This document shows positions 22,726 through 32,484 of a stretch of 64,000 nt of DNA, in pieces. How positions within the stretch are numbered: position 1 is the first letter of the stretch; each line of letters opens with the position of its first letter. The notes under the pieces are model-generated. The model was given only the letters and a program-made list of their open reading frames with translations. It was not told the DNA's origin and did not search any database. Source of the DNA: an uncultured Actinomycetes bacterium (GTDB lineage Bacteria > Actinomycetota > Thermoleophilia > RBG-16-64-13); assembly GCA_963706025.1 (NCBI GenBank), contig CAVPLM010000003.1:384001-448000 (forward strand), read 5' to 3'. Both the position numbers and the translations under genes were made by a program.

Positions 22726-23583
22726 GTGCTCATAACCTACGCTCGCCGCTTCGCCAGTCTGGTCAAGTTCGAACACTCCATCTTCGCTTTGCCCTTCGCC
22801 TATGCGGCGGCCTTCTTGGCCGAGATGGCCGTCCCCGGCTTCTGGCGCATGTTCTGGATCACGGTGGCCATGGTGTCCGCCCGCAGCTTCGGCATGGCCA
22901 TCAACCGGCTGATCGACGCAGAGATCGACGCTCGCAATCCGCGGACGGCCGGACGCGAGATCCCGGCGGGGCGGCTGAAGCGGTGGCAGGTGTGGCTCTT
23001 CGCGTTGGCTTCGTTGGTGATACTTGTCGTGGCCACCTTCAACCTGCCGGTCATCACCCGGTATCTATGGCCGTTGGTGGTCATCCCCATGGTCATCTAT
23101 CCGTACACCAAGCGCTGGACCTGGCTCTGCCACCTGGTGCTCGGGGTCGCCGACGGCCTGGGGCCGGTCGGCGCCTGGGTGGCGGTCACAGGCAAGGTGA
23201 CCTGGGAGCCCTTTCTTCTGGGCGCGGGCGTGGGTCTGTGGATCGCCGGGTTCGATGTGATCTACGCCTTCATGGACATCGCCGTCGACCGCGCCCAGGG
23301 ATTGCATTCCATCCCGGCTGATCTGGGGGAACGGGCCGGGTTGTGGAGCACCCGGGTCTTCCATGTGCTGGCGGTCGTGCTGCTGGCGCTCACCGGCTAC
23401 GCGCAGGGGACGAACTACGTGTACTACCTGGGAGTAGCGATCTGTGCCGCCCTTCTCTTCTATGAGAACTGGCTCATGCGAACAGCCGACCTCGAGAGAG
23501 TGGGGGTGGCTTTCATGACCATGAACGGCATCATCAGCGTGGTGTTCCTCTTCTTCACTACCCTCAGTCTCTTCGTCCCGTGA
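22726..23583 (+). CDS. mqnP: UbiA-like 1,4-dihydroxy-6-naphthoate polyprenyltransferase
   Basis: VKFEHSIFALPFA, NRLIDAEIDARNPRT, YPYTKR, GFDVIYA, GLHSIP. Confidence 0.9.
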   Translation: MLITYARRFASLVKFEHSIFALPFAYAAAFLAEMAVPGFWRMFWITVAMVSARSFGMAINRLIDAEIDARNPRTAGREIPAGRLKRWQVWLFALASLVILVVATFNLPVITRYLWPLVVIPMVIYPYTKRWTWLCHLVLGVADGLGPVGAWVAVTGKVTWEPFLLGAGVGLWIAGFDVIYAFMDIAVDRAQGLHSIPADLGERAGLWSTRVFHVLAVVLLALTGYAQGTNYVYYLGVAICAALLFYENWLMRTADLERVGVAFMTMNGIISVVFLFFTTLSLFVP

Positions 23584-24470
23584 GCAGGGGTGGACGCATG
23601 GGCGGCGGACGCATGAGCGGCGACGGGACGCGCGAAAGACGCAGTAGCGACCAGGTGGGGCGGACCAGACTAGATGCATCCCCGGAGCCGGGCAAAGTCC
23701 GGCAGATGTTCGACGGGATCGCCGGGTCCTATGACCTTCTGAACGACCTGATGACCGCCGGTCTCCACCACCGGTGGAGGGAGTTCGGGGTGATGGTGGC
23801 CCGGGTGGGTCCGGGAGCGGCAGCTCTGGACGTGTGTTGTGGCACAGGTGACTTCGCCTTCGCACTGCGGCGGGCCGTGGGTCCCAGGGGCCGGGTTGTG
23901 GGAGTGGATGTCTCGGAGGAGATGTTGGATGTAGCCCGGGAGAAAAGCGGGCGGAATCAGCTGTATGTCGAGTTTCGCCTCGGTGACGCGCTCGACCTGC
24001 CCTTCCCCGACGGCTGCGCCGGAGCGGCTCACGTCGGAGCGGCTCACGTCGGGGCGGCTCACGTCGGGGCGGCGGGCCGGCAAACCGCGCCGCCCGGCGA
24101 CCGCGCCGCCACCGGTTTCGACGCCTGTACCGTGGGTTTCGGTATCCGCAACGTCCCCGACATCGTGAAAGCGTTCAGCGAGATGCGCCGGGTGTGCCGT
24201 CCGGGGGGCAGGGTCGTGTGTCTGGAGATAACGCAGGCGCGAATCCCCGTGTTCAAGCAGTTCTACGGGTTCTGGTTCGACCATGCCGTACCCCGGTTGG
24301 GGAAGCTCGCGGCTCGGGAGGACTTCGCCTACAGCTACCTGCCCGCCTCGGTGCGACGGTTCCCTGATCCGAAGGAGTTGAAGGGTCTCATGGAGGAAGC
24401 AGGACTGCGGAACGTGCGCTATGAGATCTTGGCCGGCGGGATTATCGCCTTGCACCACGCGCTGGCGTAG
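23580..24470 (+). CDS. menG: Demethylmenaquinone methyltransferase (UbiE/MenG) with a repeat insertion
   Basis: VRQMFDGIAGSYDLLN, LDVCCGTGD, GFGIRNV, AYSYLPASV. Confidence 0.92.
   Translation: MSRGGRMGGGRMSGDGTRERRSSDQVGRTRLDASPEPGKVRQMFDGIAGSYDLLNDLMTAGLHHRWREFGVMVARVGPGAAALDVCCGTGDFAFALRRAVGPRGRVVGVDVSEEMLDVAREKSGRNQLYVEFRLGDALDLPFPDGCAGAAHVGAAHVGAAHVGAAGRQTAPPGDRAATGFDACTVGFGIRNVPDIVKAFSEMRRVCRPGGRVVCLEITQARIPVFKQFYGFWFDHAVPRLGKLAAREDFAYSYLPASVRRFPDPKELKGLMEEAGLRNVRYEILAGGIIALHHALA
24021..24073 (+). repeat. About 3.5 copies of a 15-bp unit GGRGCGGCTCACGTC (GAAHV) inside menG
   Basis: Copies start at 24021, 24036 and 24051, with a partial copy at 24066. Confidence 0.95.
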
Positions 24471-24553
24471 CTGCGCGGGCGGGCCGACGCGGGGGAGCGA
24501 AAGGCGGAGTTGAGAAAGGGGCCGGAGGCACCCGGCCGGAGGCCCCGCGACGT

Positions 24554-24565
24554 TGTGCTAGACTC
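24554..24565 (+). promoter_or_regulatory. Extended -10 promoter for a probable leaderless mqnE transcript
   Basis: TGTGCTAGACTC, the same 12-mer found at 20487-20498. TAGACT ends 6 nt before the ATG at 24571 and there is no SD. Confidence 0.6.
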
Positions 24566-24570
24566 CGGGT

Positions 24571-25720
24571 ATGCCCGCCAGCACGCGCGTTGATCCGCTT
24601 GCCATCGTCGAAGAGAAGGTAGCTCAGGGTGAGCGTCTCTCTGCCGCCGATGGGGTAGCCCTGTTCGAGTCCCCCGATCTTCTGCGTGTCGGACGGCTTG
24701 CCGACCGGGCGCGCCGGCAGCAGGTGGGCGACGATGTCTACTTCGTGGTCAACCGCCACATCAACTACACCAACGTGTGCAGGAACCGGTGTCGCTTCTG
24801 CGCTTTCTCGCGGGATGAAGGCGAGCCGGGGGCCTACACCCTGACGGTGGAGGAGGTCCTGGCCAAGGCGCGGGAGGCCATCGAAGAAGGCGCCACCGAG
24901 ATACACATCGTGGGTGGGGAACACCCGGCGCTTCCCTACGATTCGGTACGGGCGATGGTCTCGGGCATCCGGGGCTTTGCGCCCGACGTGCACGTGAAGG
25001 CCTTCACCGTTTCGGAGATCGTACATTTCGCCGAGACAGAGCGAGTATCGGCGGAGGACGTCCTACGAGATCTCCAGGCCGCCGGTCTGGACAGCCTGCC
25101 CGGCGGTGGGGCGGAGATATTCGCGGACAGGGTCCGCCAGCAGGTGTGCCCGGCGAAGATATCGGGAGAGCGGTGGCTGGAAGTGCACCAGCTCGCGCAT
25201 CGTCTGGGGCTGAGGACCAACGCCACCATGCTGTACGGTCACGTGGAGACCTATGAAGACCGGGTGGATCACCTGCTCGCGCCTCCGCGCCGGCCAGGAC
25301 GCCACCGGGGGTTTCCAGGCCTTCATCCCCCTCGCCTTTCAACCCAAGAACACGAGTTTGTCGCACCTTCCGCCCACGACGGGCGTGGACGATCTGAGGA
25401 CACTGGCGGTGTCTCGTCTTCTGCTGGACAACCTGCTCCACATCAAGACCTACTGGGTCATGACTGGGCTGAAACTGGCGCAGGTAGCCCTGTTCTTCGG
25501 GGCCAACGACATGGATGGCACCGTGGTCGAGGAGGTCATCTCCCTGTTGTCCGGGGCGGGCCACGGGCAGTCGGTGGCCAAATCGGAGCTTGTCCGCGTC
25601 ATCCGCGACGCCGGCCGAGCGCCGGTGGAGCGGGATGGGCTCTACAGGGTGGTGCGGCGGTTCGACGGGGGGCCGAGTCTCGGCGCGGCGCCGACTCCTG
25701 ACGTGGGGGCGGGGGCATGA
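24571..25720 (+). CDS. mqnE: Aminofutalosine synthase MqnE (radical SAM; one extra base near 25279)
   Basis: NRHINYTNVCRNRCRFCAF, PGGGAEIF, NATMLYGHVE; continues in another frame with FIPLAFQP, HIKTYWVM, GANDMDGTVVEE. Confidence 0.92.
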
Positions 25721-26736
25721 CCGTCAGAGTCGGGCACATCGGCTTTCTCAACTGCTATCCCCTCTATCACGGGCTGGAGCAGCGCGGGATTCTGGCCGAT
25801 GCCCCCGACCTCGACCGGCAGGGCAGGCCCGGGATCGAGCTGCTGCCGGGAGTGCCGACCGATCTCAACCGCTGGTTGATTCAGGGTGACATCGACCTCG
25901 GTCCTATCAGCTCGATCGCTTACGCGCGCTACCATCGACAGCTGCTGCTGTCCCGCCACCTGAGCATCTCGTCGCTCGGAGCCGTGGACAGCATCCAGTT
26001 GGTGGCGCGCAGGACTCTGAGAGAGATCAGGAGCGTCGCCCTGACCCGGCAGAGCGCCACCTCGGTCAGCCTGCTCAAGACCATCCTGAGGCTCCGCTTC
26101 GGGCAGGAAGTGCTCTACGGCGAGCTCGGCAGTTCCGTTGCCGAGGCTCTGCAGGAGTACGACGCGGCGCTGCTTATCGGCGATCAGGGGCTGGAGGCAC
26201 TGTACTTCTCTCAGCCGGGAACGACCTGTCACGATCTGGGAGCGCTCTGGCAAGAGTGGACCGGGCTGCCCATGGTCTACGCTGTGTGGGCCGCTCGGGA
26301 GGACTTCGCCCGGACCAACGGGTCGGAACTCCTGGCCGTGGAAGGGGAGCTCGTCAGATGCATGGACTACGGCCGAGAGCACCTTGCTGAAGTGGTCGAC
26401 TCCGCCCTGGGGCAGTGCAGGTTCGACCGCCCTAGCCTCACCCGCTATTTCACCGTTCTGCGGTATGACTTCACCGAAGAGTATCGACGGGGGCTGCGCC
26501 GCTTCTACGAGCTGGCGCATGAAGCCGGCGAACTCGAGGAAGCGCCTGAGTTGCGCTTCATCGACGAGGTGGCCGGTGGCGCCAGCGCCCGCCCGCCCGC
26601 CCCGCTCCAGACGAGCGGCGCCGGGCCGGAGGCGGCCGGCGCCCGGCCCGAGGAACAGCCCCTGACGCCGTCGGTCCTCGGGGCCGCGCACGCGTCGGCC
26701 CGGACAGTCGATGCGGGCGAAGTGGCGGCTCCATGA
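25717..26736 (+). CDS. mqnA: Chorismate dehydratase MqnA
   Basis: RVGHIGFLNCYPL, SATSVSLL, ALLIGDQGL, DLGALWQEWTGLPMVYAVWAAR. Confidence 0.93.
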   Translation: MTVRVGHIGFLNCYPLYHGLEQRGILADAPDLDRQGRPGIELLPGVPTDLNRWLIQGDIDLGPISSIAYARYHRQLLLSRHLSISSLGAVDSIQLVARRTLREIRSVALTRQSATSVSLLKTILRLRFGQEVLYGELGSSVAEALQEYDAALLIGDQGLEALYFSQPGTTCHDLGALWQEWTGLPMVYAVWAAREDFARTNGSELLAVEGELVRCMDYGREHLAEVVDSALGQCRFDRPSLTRYFTVLRYDFTEEYRRGLRRFYELAHEAGELEEAPELRFIDEVAGGASARPPAPLQTSGAGPEAAGARPEEQPLTPSVLGAAHASARTVDAGEVAAP

Positions 26737-27788
26737 GCCCCATGACCCGCCTGACCGAGCGTGAAGCCCTAGAGCTGCTGCGCTCGCGGGACCTGCTGGA
26801 AGTGGGGGCGCGAGCCCACGAAGTGCGCGAGCGCCTCGTCCCCGGCCGTCTCGCGACCTTCATAGTCGACCGCAACATCAACTACACCAACGTGTGTGTA
26901 TCCGGGTGCCGCTTCTGCGCTTTCCACTGCGCTCCCGGCGCGCCCGAAGCCTATGTCCTTTCCCGGGAGGCGATCCACGCCAAGATCCAGGAAACCCTGG
27001 ATCTTGGCGGCACGGCGGTCATGATGCAGGGCGGCCTGCACCCCGATCTCGACATCACCTATTTCGAGGCGCTCTTCCGCTCCATCAAAGAGCGCTTCGA
27101 CATCACCATCCATTCGCTCTCTGCCCCGGAGGTCGTCCACATCGCGAGGGTCAGCCACCTTCCAGTGGGCGAAGTGCTGCGGCGTCTGAAAGACGCGGGT
27201 CTCGATTCGCTGCCGGGCGGCGGGGCCGAGATACTGGTCGATCGGGTGCGCGAACAGGTGGCTCCGGGGAAGGCGGACACCAGGGCGTGGCTCGAGGTCA
27301 TGAGGGAAGCCCACCGGCAGGGCATTCCGGGGACGGCCACCATGATGTTTGGCAGCATCGAGACTCTGGAGGAACGGGTGGAGCACTTACGGGCCCTCCG
27401 GGACCTCCAGGACGAGACCGGCGGGTTCCGGGCCTTCATCCCCTGGAGCTTTCAGCCCGGGCACACTCCTTTGGAGGACACGACCGAACAGGCTACGGGC
27501 GTCGACTACCTCCTGACACTGGCGGTGTCCCGGCTCTATCTCGATAACATCTTTCACATCCAGGCCTCGTGGGTCACCCAGGGGCTCAAGTTGGGACAAG
27601 TCGCTCTGCGCTTCGGCGCCGACGATCTGGGCAGCACCATGATCGAGGAGAACGTTGTAGCCGCTGCCGGTGTCCGGGTCAGAGCCAACCGGGACGACCT
27701 GGTCCATGCCATACGAGAGGCTGGGTTCGTGCCCGCGCAGCGGCGCACGGACTACAGTCTGGTCGAGTCCGCGCCAGGCGACCACTAG
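26733..27788 (+). CDS. mqnC: Cyclic dehypoxanthine futalosine synthase MqnC (radical SAM)
   Basis: DRNINYTNVCVSGCRFCAF, MQGGLHP, TATMMFG, QASWVTQG, GADDLGSTMIEENVV. Confidence 0.95.
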   Translation: MSPMTRLTEREALELLRSRDLLEVGARAHEVRERLVPGRLATFIVDRNINYTNVCVSGCRFCAFHCAPGAPEAYVLSREAIHAKIQETLDLGGTAVMMQGGLHPDLDITYFEALFRSIKERFDITIHSLSAPEVVHIARVSHLPVGEVLRRLKDAGLDSLPGGGAEILVDRVREQVAPGKADTRAWLEVMREAHRQGIPGTATMMFGSIETLEERVEHLRALRDLQDETGGFRAFIPWSFQPGHTPLEDTTEQATGVDYLLTLAVSRLYLDNIFHIQASWVTQGLKLGQVALRFGADDLGSTMIEENVVAAAGVRVRANRDDLVHAIREAGFVPAQRRTDYSLVESAPGDH

Positions 27789-27799
27789 CTCGCCGGGTA

Positions 27800-28621
27800 T
27801 CAGTAGTGCGCCGGGGCCTTGAGGTACGTGGCGTAGCTCTCCGCTTCGTGCGAAAAGAAGATCTCAGCCCGGCGCTCTTCGGCGAGGGCCTTCAACCGGC
27901 GCATCGATCTGATCGAGGCGACCGGATCGTAGTGAAAGCCCGCGATGCACTCGAGGTCCAGGCTCCTCTGCGTGTAGATGGCATCGCCGGCGAAGATCAG
28001 CGAGGACCCTCCGCTCAACTCGACCATCAGGCTGTAGTGGCCCCTGGAATGGCCCGGTGTGGCAATGAGCTGGACGCCGGCGGCGATCTCGACGTCTCCC
28101 TCCACGGGGACGAACCGACCGTCCAGCTCGAGCGCCGGCCGGTCGCCTATCTCGGTCGCACCGGCGGGTCCGGTCTCCCCACGGCGGCGGCCGAGCTCGG
28201 AGGAGAAACTCAGATCGGAGTAGCCAAGGACCTCGAAGGGTTCAGGGCTTCCGGCAGCCTCGAACTCAAGTCGATGCGCCACCACCTTGGCCTCGGGCAG
28301 GTGCTTGATGCCGCCGCAGTGGTCGAAATGGAAGTGCGAGATGGCGATCGTCGAGATGTCATCCGGGCCCAGTCCGAGCAGCGCCAACTGCGCGGGTATG
28401 GTCTGCGACTCAATCTGCAGGGGTTTTTCGAAGGGAAGGACTCTGAGGACATGATCGAGGTCATACCCGGTGTCGTAGAGGATGTTTCCGTCGGGATGGA
28501 CGACGAGCACGCTGTAGCAGGGGATCCTCACGGGTCCTCCCGGGCCACGGTTCCAGAAGACATGGAAACCGTCCATTTCCAGAGTTCCGCCATCCAGCAG
28601 GTAGACTTCGCTTGCCGCCAT
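27800..28621 (-). CDS. 4-pyridoxolactonase (AHL-lactonase-like metallo-beta-lactamase)
   Basis: HFHFDH metal motif. VYLLDGG.L..DG.HVFWNRGPGG, DTGYD.DHV..VLPFEKP.Q, PFE.LGYSDLSFS and TPGHS.GHYSL match, from memory, Mesorhizobium loti 4-pyridoxolactonase. Confidence 0.88.
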   Translation of the reverse strand: MAASEVYLLDGGTLEMDGFHVFWNRGPGGPVRIPCYSVLVVHPDGNILYDTGYDLDHVLRVLPFEKPLQIESQTIPAQLALLGLGPDDISTIAISHFHFDHCGGIKHLPEAKVVAHRLEFEAAGSPEPFEVLGYSDLSFSSELGRRRGETGPAGATEIGDRPALELDGRFVPVEGDVEIAAGVQLIATPGHSRGHYSLMVELSGGSSLIFAGDAIYTQRSLDLECIAGFHYDPVASIRSMRRLKALAEERRAEIFFSHEAESYATYLKAPAHY

Positions 28622-28679
28622 GATCTCCCCCTGTCGTATCACTGAAGAAGCACGCGTTGCTTGACTCTAGGTTCACTAT

Positions 28680-28699
28680 TTGTTATATGGATAATACAT
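28680..28699 (-). promoter_or_regulatory. Candidate operator, copy 1, in the divergent lactonase/amidohydrolase promoter
   Basis: Minus strand reads ATGTATTATCCATATAACAA, 14/20 identical to 40274-40293. AT-rich island; TTGACT at 28661. Confidence 0.5.
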
Positions 28700-28826
28700 C
28701 CAAGTCCGCTGCGGCGGATTTGCCTGGGCGTCGTGTTTAGCATTGTGTCAATCCATGGTACCGGTTTCGTGTACCTGTCTTCGTGTCCTCTGGTCTGCGT
28801 AGCTTCATCGGCGAAGTAGGGGATGG

Positions 28827-29561
28827 ATGGTGTTTGACGCGCATATGCACGTGGGGGACTTCGGGATATTCGGGGTATCCCTGGATCGGGACGGGCTGGC
28901 CGAACTCATGCGCGCCAACGAGGTCTCCGTTGGGGTCGTCTTCAGCCCGGACAACGAGGCGACCCTCGCGGCGGTCGAGTCGATACCTGGGGCGTACGGT
29001 CTCTACTGGGCTGATCCCAATCAGCGCGGACACCTGGACGAAGCCCGCCGATTTCTGGATCACGCCAAGTTCCTGGGAGTCAAGCTGCACCCTCTCCTGG
29101 ACGGCTACTACCCGAACGACCCGGTCGTCTACCCCCTCATGGAGTTGCTCGCGGAGCTTGACCTCCCCGTCCTCGTGCACACAGGACATCCCATCTTCAC
29201 TCTCCCCTGGAGTGTGGAGGAATTGGCCGTCGCTTTTCCAGGAGTGAACGTGATCATGGGCCACATGGGTCACGGCAACGGGATCTACATCAATGCGGCC
29301 ATCGACGCAGCCTGCAGGAACCCGAACGTGTACCTGGAGACCTCGGGGATGCCCATGCACACGAAGATACGAGAGGCTGTGGAGCGGGCCGGTGCGCACA
29401 AGGTCCTCTACGGTTCCGACGTACCTTTTCATCATCCGCAGGTGGAGATGCTCAAAGTAAGGCTGAGCGGGCTCCCGGCCGATTTGGTCGAGCGAGTCCT
29501 GGACGGCAATGCCCGTGCCCTGTTTTTCGGGGACGAGCATGCGCAAGTACCTTTGTCGTAA
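28827..29561 (+). CDS. Amidohydrolase_2-family metalloenzyme
   Basis: DAHMH, GVKLHP, VLVHTG, GHMG and YGSDVPF motifs. Confidence 0.88.
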   Translation: MVFDAHMHVGDFGIFGVSLDRDGLAELMRANEVSVGVVFSPDNEATLAAVESIPGAYGLYWADPNQRGHLDEARRFLDHAKFLGVKLHPLLDGYYPNDPVVYPLMELLAELDLPVLVHTGHPIFTLPWSVEELAVAFPGVNVIMGHMGHGNGIYINAAIDAACRNPNVYLETSGMPMHTKIREAVERAGAHKVLYGSDVPFHHPQVEMLKVRLSGLPADLVERVLDGNARALFFGDEHAQVPLS

Positions 29562-29654
29562 GGATGCCGAGGGGGAGGTGAGCCGGCACGAAGTAGGCAG
29601 TGGTTGGGAGACCACGAGTCCGTCGAGTGGTATCAGAGAACGGGAGGGATCGTA

Positions 29655-30803
29655 ATGAGTTCACGTTGGACCCGGGCACTAGTACTCATAATGGTCGTCG
29701 CACTGCTGGCGACCGCCGCCATGGTCGTGGCGGCATGCGGCGGGGAAGAAGAGACCACTACCACGAGCATGGCGCCGGAGACCACGACGACCATGGCGCC
29801 GGAGACTACGACGACCATGGCGCCGGAGACGACCACCACCGGTGCCCCGACTGCGATGGTCAAGAAGATCGGGGTCATTGTCCCGGAAAAAGCTAACGAC
29901 TACGGTTGGAACCAGCAGCATGCCGAAGCCGGCCAGAAGATGGCCGAGAAGATCGGTGCTGAATTTGCTCTCGCCGATGGCGCCGGATACGGCGACATAG
30001 CTCCCATCATGCGGCAACTGGTGCAGGACGGTTGCGACTGGATCATGGCTGGGGCCAGCGGCTACATGACCGTAGCAAAGCAGGTCGCCCAGGAGACGAA
30101 GACGGTCAAGGTCAATGCCATCTTTGCTCAGGAGAACACCCCCAACATCCTCCAGGACATACAGACCTATGCGGAACAGGGCGCCTATCTTGCCGGCCAA
30201 CTGGCTGCGAAAACGACCAAGACAGGAACCGTCGGTATCGTCGTCTCGGCTGACGACGAGAACTGGACCAAAATGAGCGCCGGCTTCATCCTGGCAGCGC
30301 AGGCCACCAAGCCCGATATCAAGATCAAGCTCGCGCAGGTGGGTCAGGCTGCCTACGCTGACGCCGCGGCCGCCAAGCGGACCACCGAGACCGTCATCGC
30401 CGAGGGAGCCGACGTCATCTTCGGGATGGGCGACGGTTCCAGCTTCGGTATGATCCAGGCTGTCGAGACGGCTACGCCGCCAAGCGGTGCCGATAAGGTC
30501 TGGTTCATCGACGTTATCGGGGACAAAACCTCGCTGGATACGAAAGGCATATACCTTACCTCCGTGGTGTGGGACTACCTACCAGCTTGGGAGGCAGCGT
30601 ACGCCGACATTCAGGCCGGAACCTTCGGCACCAAGACCATCTTCATCGAGCTCAAGAACAACGGCATCGGCATTATCAAGACCCAGTGGATTGCGGACGA
30701 CGTTTGGGCGGAGATCGAAGCCACGAAGCAGGCCATCATCGACGGTACCATCCAGGTGCCGGCTATCAGCGACATGAATGAAATAAAGGCCCTGATCCAG
30801 TAG
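29655..30803 (+). CDS. BMP-family ABC transporter substrate-binding lipoprotein
   Basis: Lipobox VAAC, Thr-rich repeats, DYGWNQ, EQGAYLAGQLAAKTTKTGTVG, GADVIF. Confidence 0.9.
   Translation: MSSRWTRALVLIMVVALLATAAMVVAACGGEEETTTTSMAPETTTTMAPETTTTMAPETTTTGAPTAMVKKIGVIVPEKANDYGWNQQHAEAGQKMAEKIGAEFALADGAGYGDIAPIMRQLVQDGCDWIMAGASGYMTVAKQVAQETKTVKVNAIFAQENTPNILQDIQTYAEQGAYLAGQLAAKTTKTGTVGIVVSADDENWTKMSAGFILAAQATKPDIKIKLAQVGQAAYADAAAAKRTTETVIAEGADVIFGMGDGSSFGMIQAVETATPPSGADKVWFIDVIGDKTSLDTKGIYLTSVVWDYLPAWEAAYADIQAGTFGTKTIFIELKNNGIGIIKTQWIADDVWAEIEATKQAIIDGTIQVPAISDMNEIKALIQ
29769..29840 (+). repeat. Three 24-bp tandem repeats encoding MAPETTTT
   Basis: atggcgccggagac... units start at 29769, 29793 and 29817. 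Confidence 0.95.
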
Positions 30804-30840
30804 CTCTGGTCAACACGACGGCCACTACAGCAAGGTGATC

Positions 30841-32484
30841 ATGGCAGACAACAGCACAGTCGAACATCCCGCGGATCTGGGCGGGAGCATGGGAGCGACG
30901 GCGGGGGCTTTGGCCCCCGCCGTCGAACTCACAGGCATAACCAAGGCATTTCCAGGAGTGGTGGCCAACAAGGACATCACGCTGTCCCTACACAAGGGCG
31001 AGGTCCATTGCCTGCTCGGCGAGAACGGGGCCGGCAAGTCGACCCTCATGAACATCCTTTCCGGGATGTATCAGCCTGACGAGGGAACCATCAAAGTCGG
31101 CGGCAAAACGGTCGTTGTCGACACGCCCAAGACCGCGATCGAGTTGGGCATCGGCATGGTCTACCAGCACTCCACGATGATCCCGGTATTCACCGTCCTC
31201 GAGAACCTCATGCTGGGGGCGACCGAGAAGGTCCGGCTGGATCGAAAAGCGGCTGAGACTGCCCTCACAGATCTGGCCGGCAAGCTGGGTGTGGAGATCC
31301 AACCCGGAGCGGTCACCGGCAAACTCGCCCTCGGCCAGCAGCAGCAGGTTGAGATCATAAAGGCCCTGTGGTCCGGCTCGAGCGTGCTCATCCTCGACGA
31401 GCCCACGTCGATGCTGACCCCGCAGGGTATCGCCGACCTCGAACGAGTCTTGATGCAACTCAAGCAGCACGGGCTTGCGATGGTGTTCATCACGCACAAG
31501 CTGCACGAGGCTATTGAGATTGGGGACCGTATCTCCGTCCTCAAACAGGGCCGCGTGGTCGGGCGCCTGGAGCCGGAGGATCTGCGCGGGAAGTCTCCGG
31601 ACGACCTGCAGGCAACCATCGTGGGCATGATGTTCGGCGAAGAAGCGCGCTCGCTGAGCGAGGTGGCAGAGGTGAAGCAGTTATCTCGCCTTCAGCGGGA
31701 GAAGCGTGATCTCCCCCCCACCGTTGTGATGGAACTGAACGACGTGAGCGTGAAGGCCGGCCGGGGAGAGGTCGACGTCCATGGAGTCAGCCTGCAGGTG
31801 CGCCAGGGAGAGATCATGGGCATCGCGGGGGTAGACGGCAACGGCCAACGCGAGCTGGCCGAGGCCATAGCGGGCCAGCGTAGGCTGAACCATGGGGATA
31901 TCGTGCTCACGGGTCATTCTGTTGGCAAGTCCTCGGTGGCTGAGCGGCAGAAGCTTGGCCTCCGTTTCGTTACGGACGACCGGTTGGGGGAAGGCATGGT
32001 GGGCTCACTGCCGGTATCACTCAACCTTTTCCTGAAGAGGATCGGAGAGCGTCCCTTCTGGAAGGGTGGCCGGATCCAGGATGACCTAATATGCCAGTCT
32101 GCCGAGGACCTCGTGCGCGATTTCGATATTCGCACACCTACTGTGGAGACGCACTGCGGAGCGCTGTCCGGCGGCAACATCCAGAAGATGGTGTTGGCAA
32201 GAGAGCTCTCCTTCGAACCCAAGGTGGTCGTCTACAACAAACCCACGTACGGACTTGACGTGAAGACCACCCGGGATATCCGGGAGAGGATACGCGAGCT
32301 TTCCGAGAAAGAGGACGTCTCCGCGGTGCTCATATCCACCGACCTCGAGGAGCTGCTCGATCTCTGCGATCGCATCGGCGTTATGTTTCGCGGACGTCTG
32401 ACGGGCGTTGTGGAGAATCACGGTCCCGGTGTCGAGACTCAGGTCGGCAAGTTGATGCTGGGCGGAAAGGGTGATTCCAGTTGA
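30841..32484 (+). CDS. ABC transporter ATPase, two-domain nucleoside/CUT2 type
   Basis: FPGVVAN, GENGAGKSTL, LILDEPT, AGVDGNGQ, LSGGNIQK. Confidence 0.93.
   Translation: MADNSTVEHPADLGGSMGATAGALAPAVELTGITKAFPGVVANKDITLSLHKGEVHCLLGENGAGKSTLMNILSGMYQPDEGTIKVGGKTVVVDTPKTAIELGIGMVYQHSTMIPVFTVLENLMLGATEKVRLDRKAAETALTDLAGKLGVEIQPGAVTGKLALGQQQQVEIIKALWSGSSVLILDEPTSMLTPQGIADLERVLMQLKQHGLAMVFITHKLHEAIEIGDRISVLKQGRVVGRLEPEDLRGKSPDDLQATIVGMMFGEEARSLSEVAEVKQLSRLQREKRDLPPTVVMELNDVSVKAGRGEVDVHGVSLQVRQGEIMGIAGVDGNGQRELAEAIAGQRRLNHGDIVLTGHSVGKSSVAERQKLGLRFVTDDRLGEGMVGSLPVSLNLFLKRIGERPFWKGGRIQDDLICQSAEDLVRDFDIRTPTVETHCGALSGGNIQKMVLARELSFEPKVVVYNKPTYGLDVKTTRDIRERIRELSEKEDVSAVLISTDLEELLDLCDRIGVMFRGRLTGVVENHGPGVETQVGKLMLGGKGDSS

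Noticed and set aside
27800-28621. Quorum-quenching AHL lactonase
   Set aside because: Same fold, but the long specific matches to 4-pyridoxolactonase and the nearby PPAT favour B6 catabolism.
29769-29840. CRISPR-like array from the short repeats (also 17024-17094 and 24021-24073)
   Set aside because: These are head-to-tail coding repeats without spacers, and no cas genes are present.
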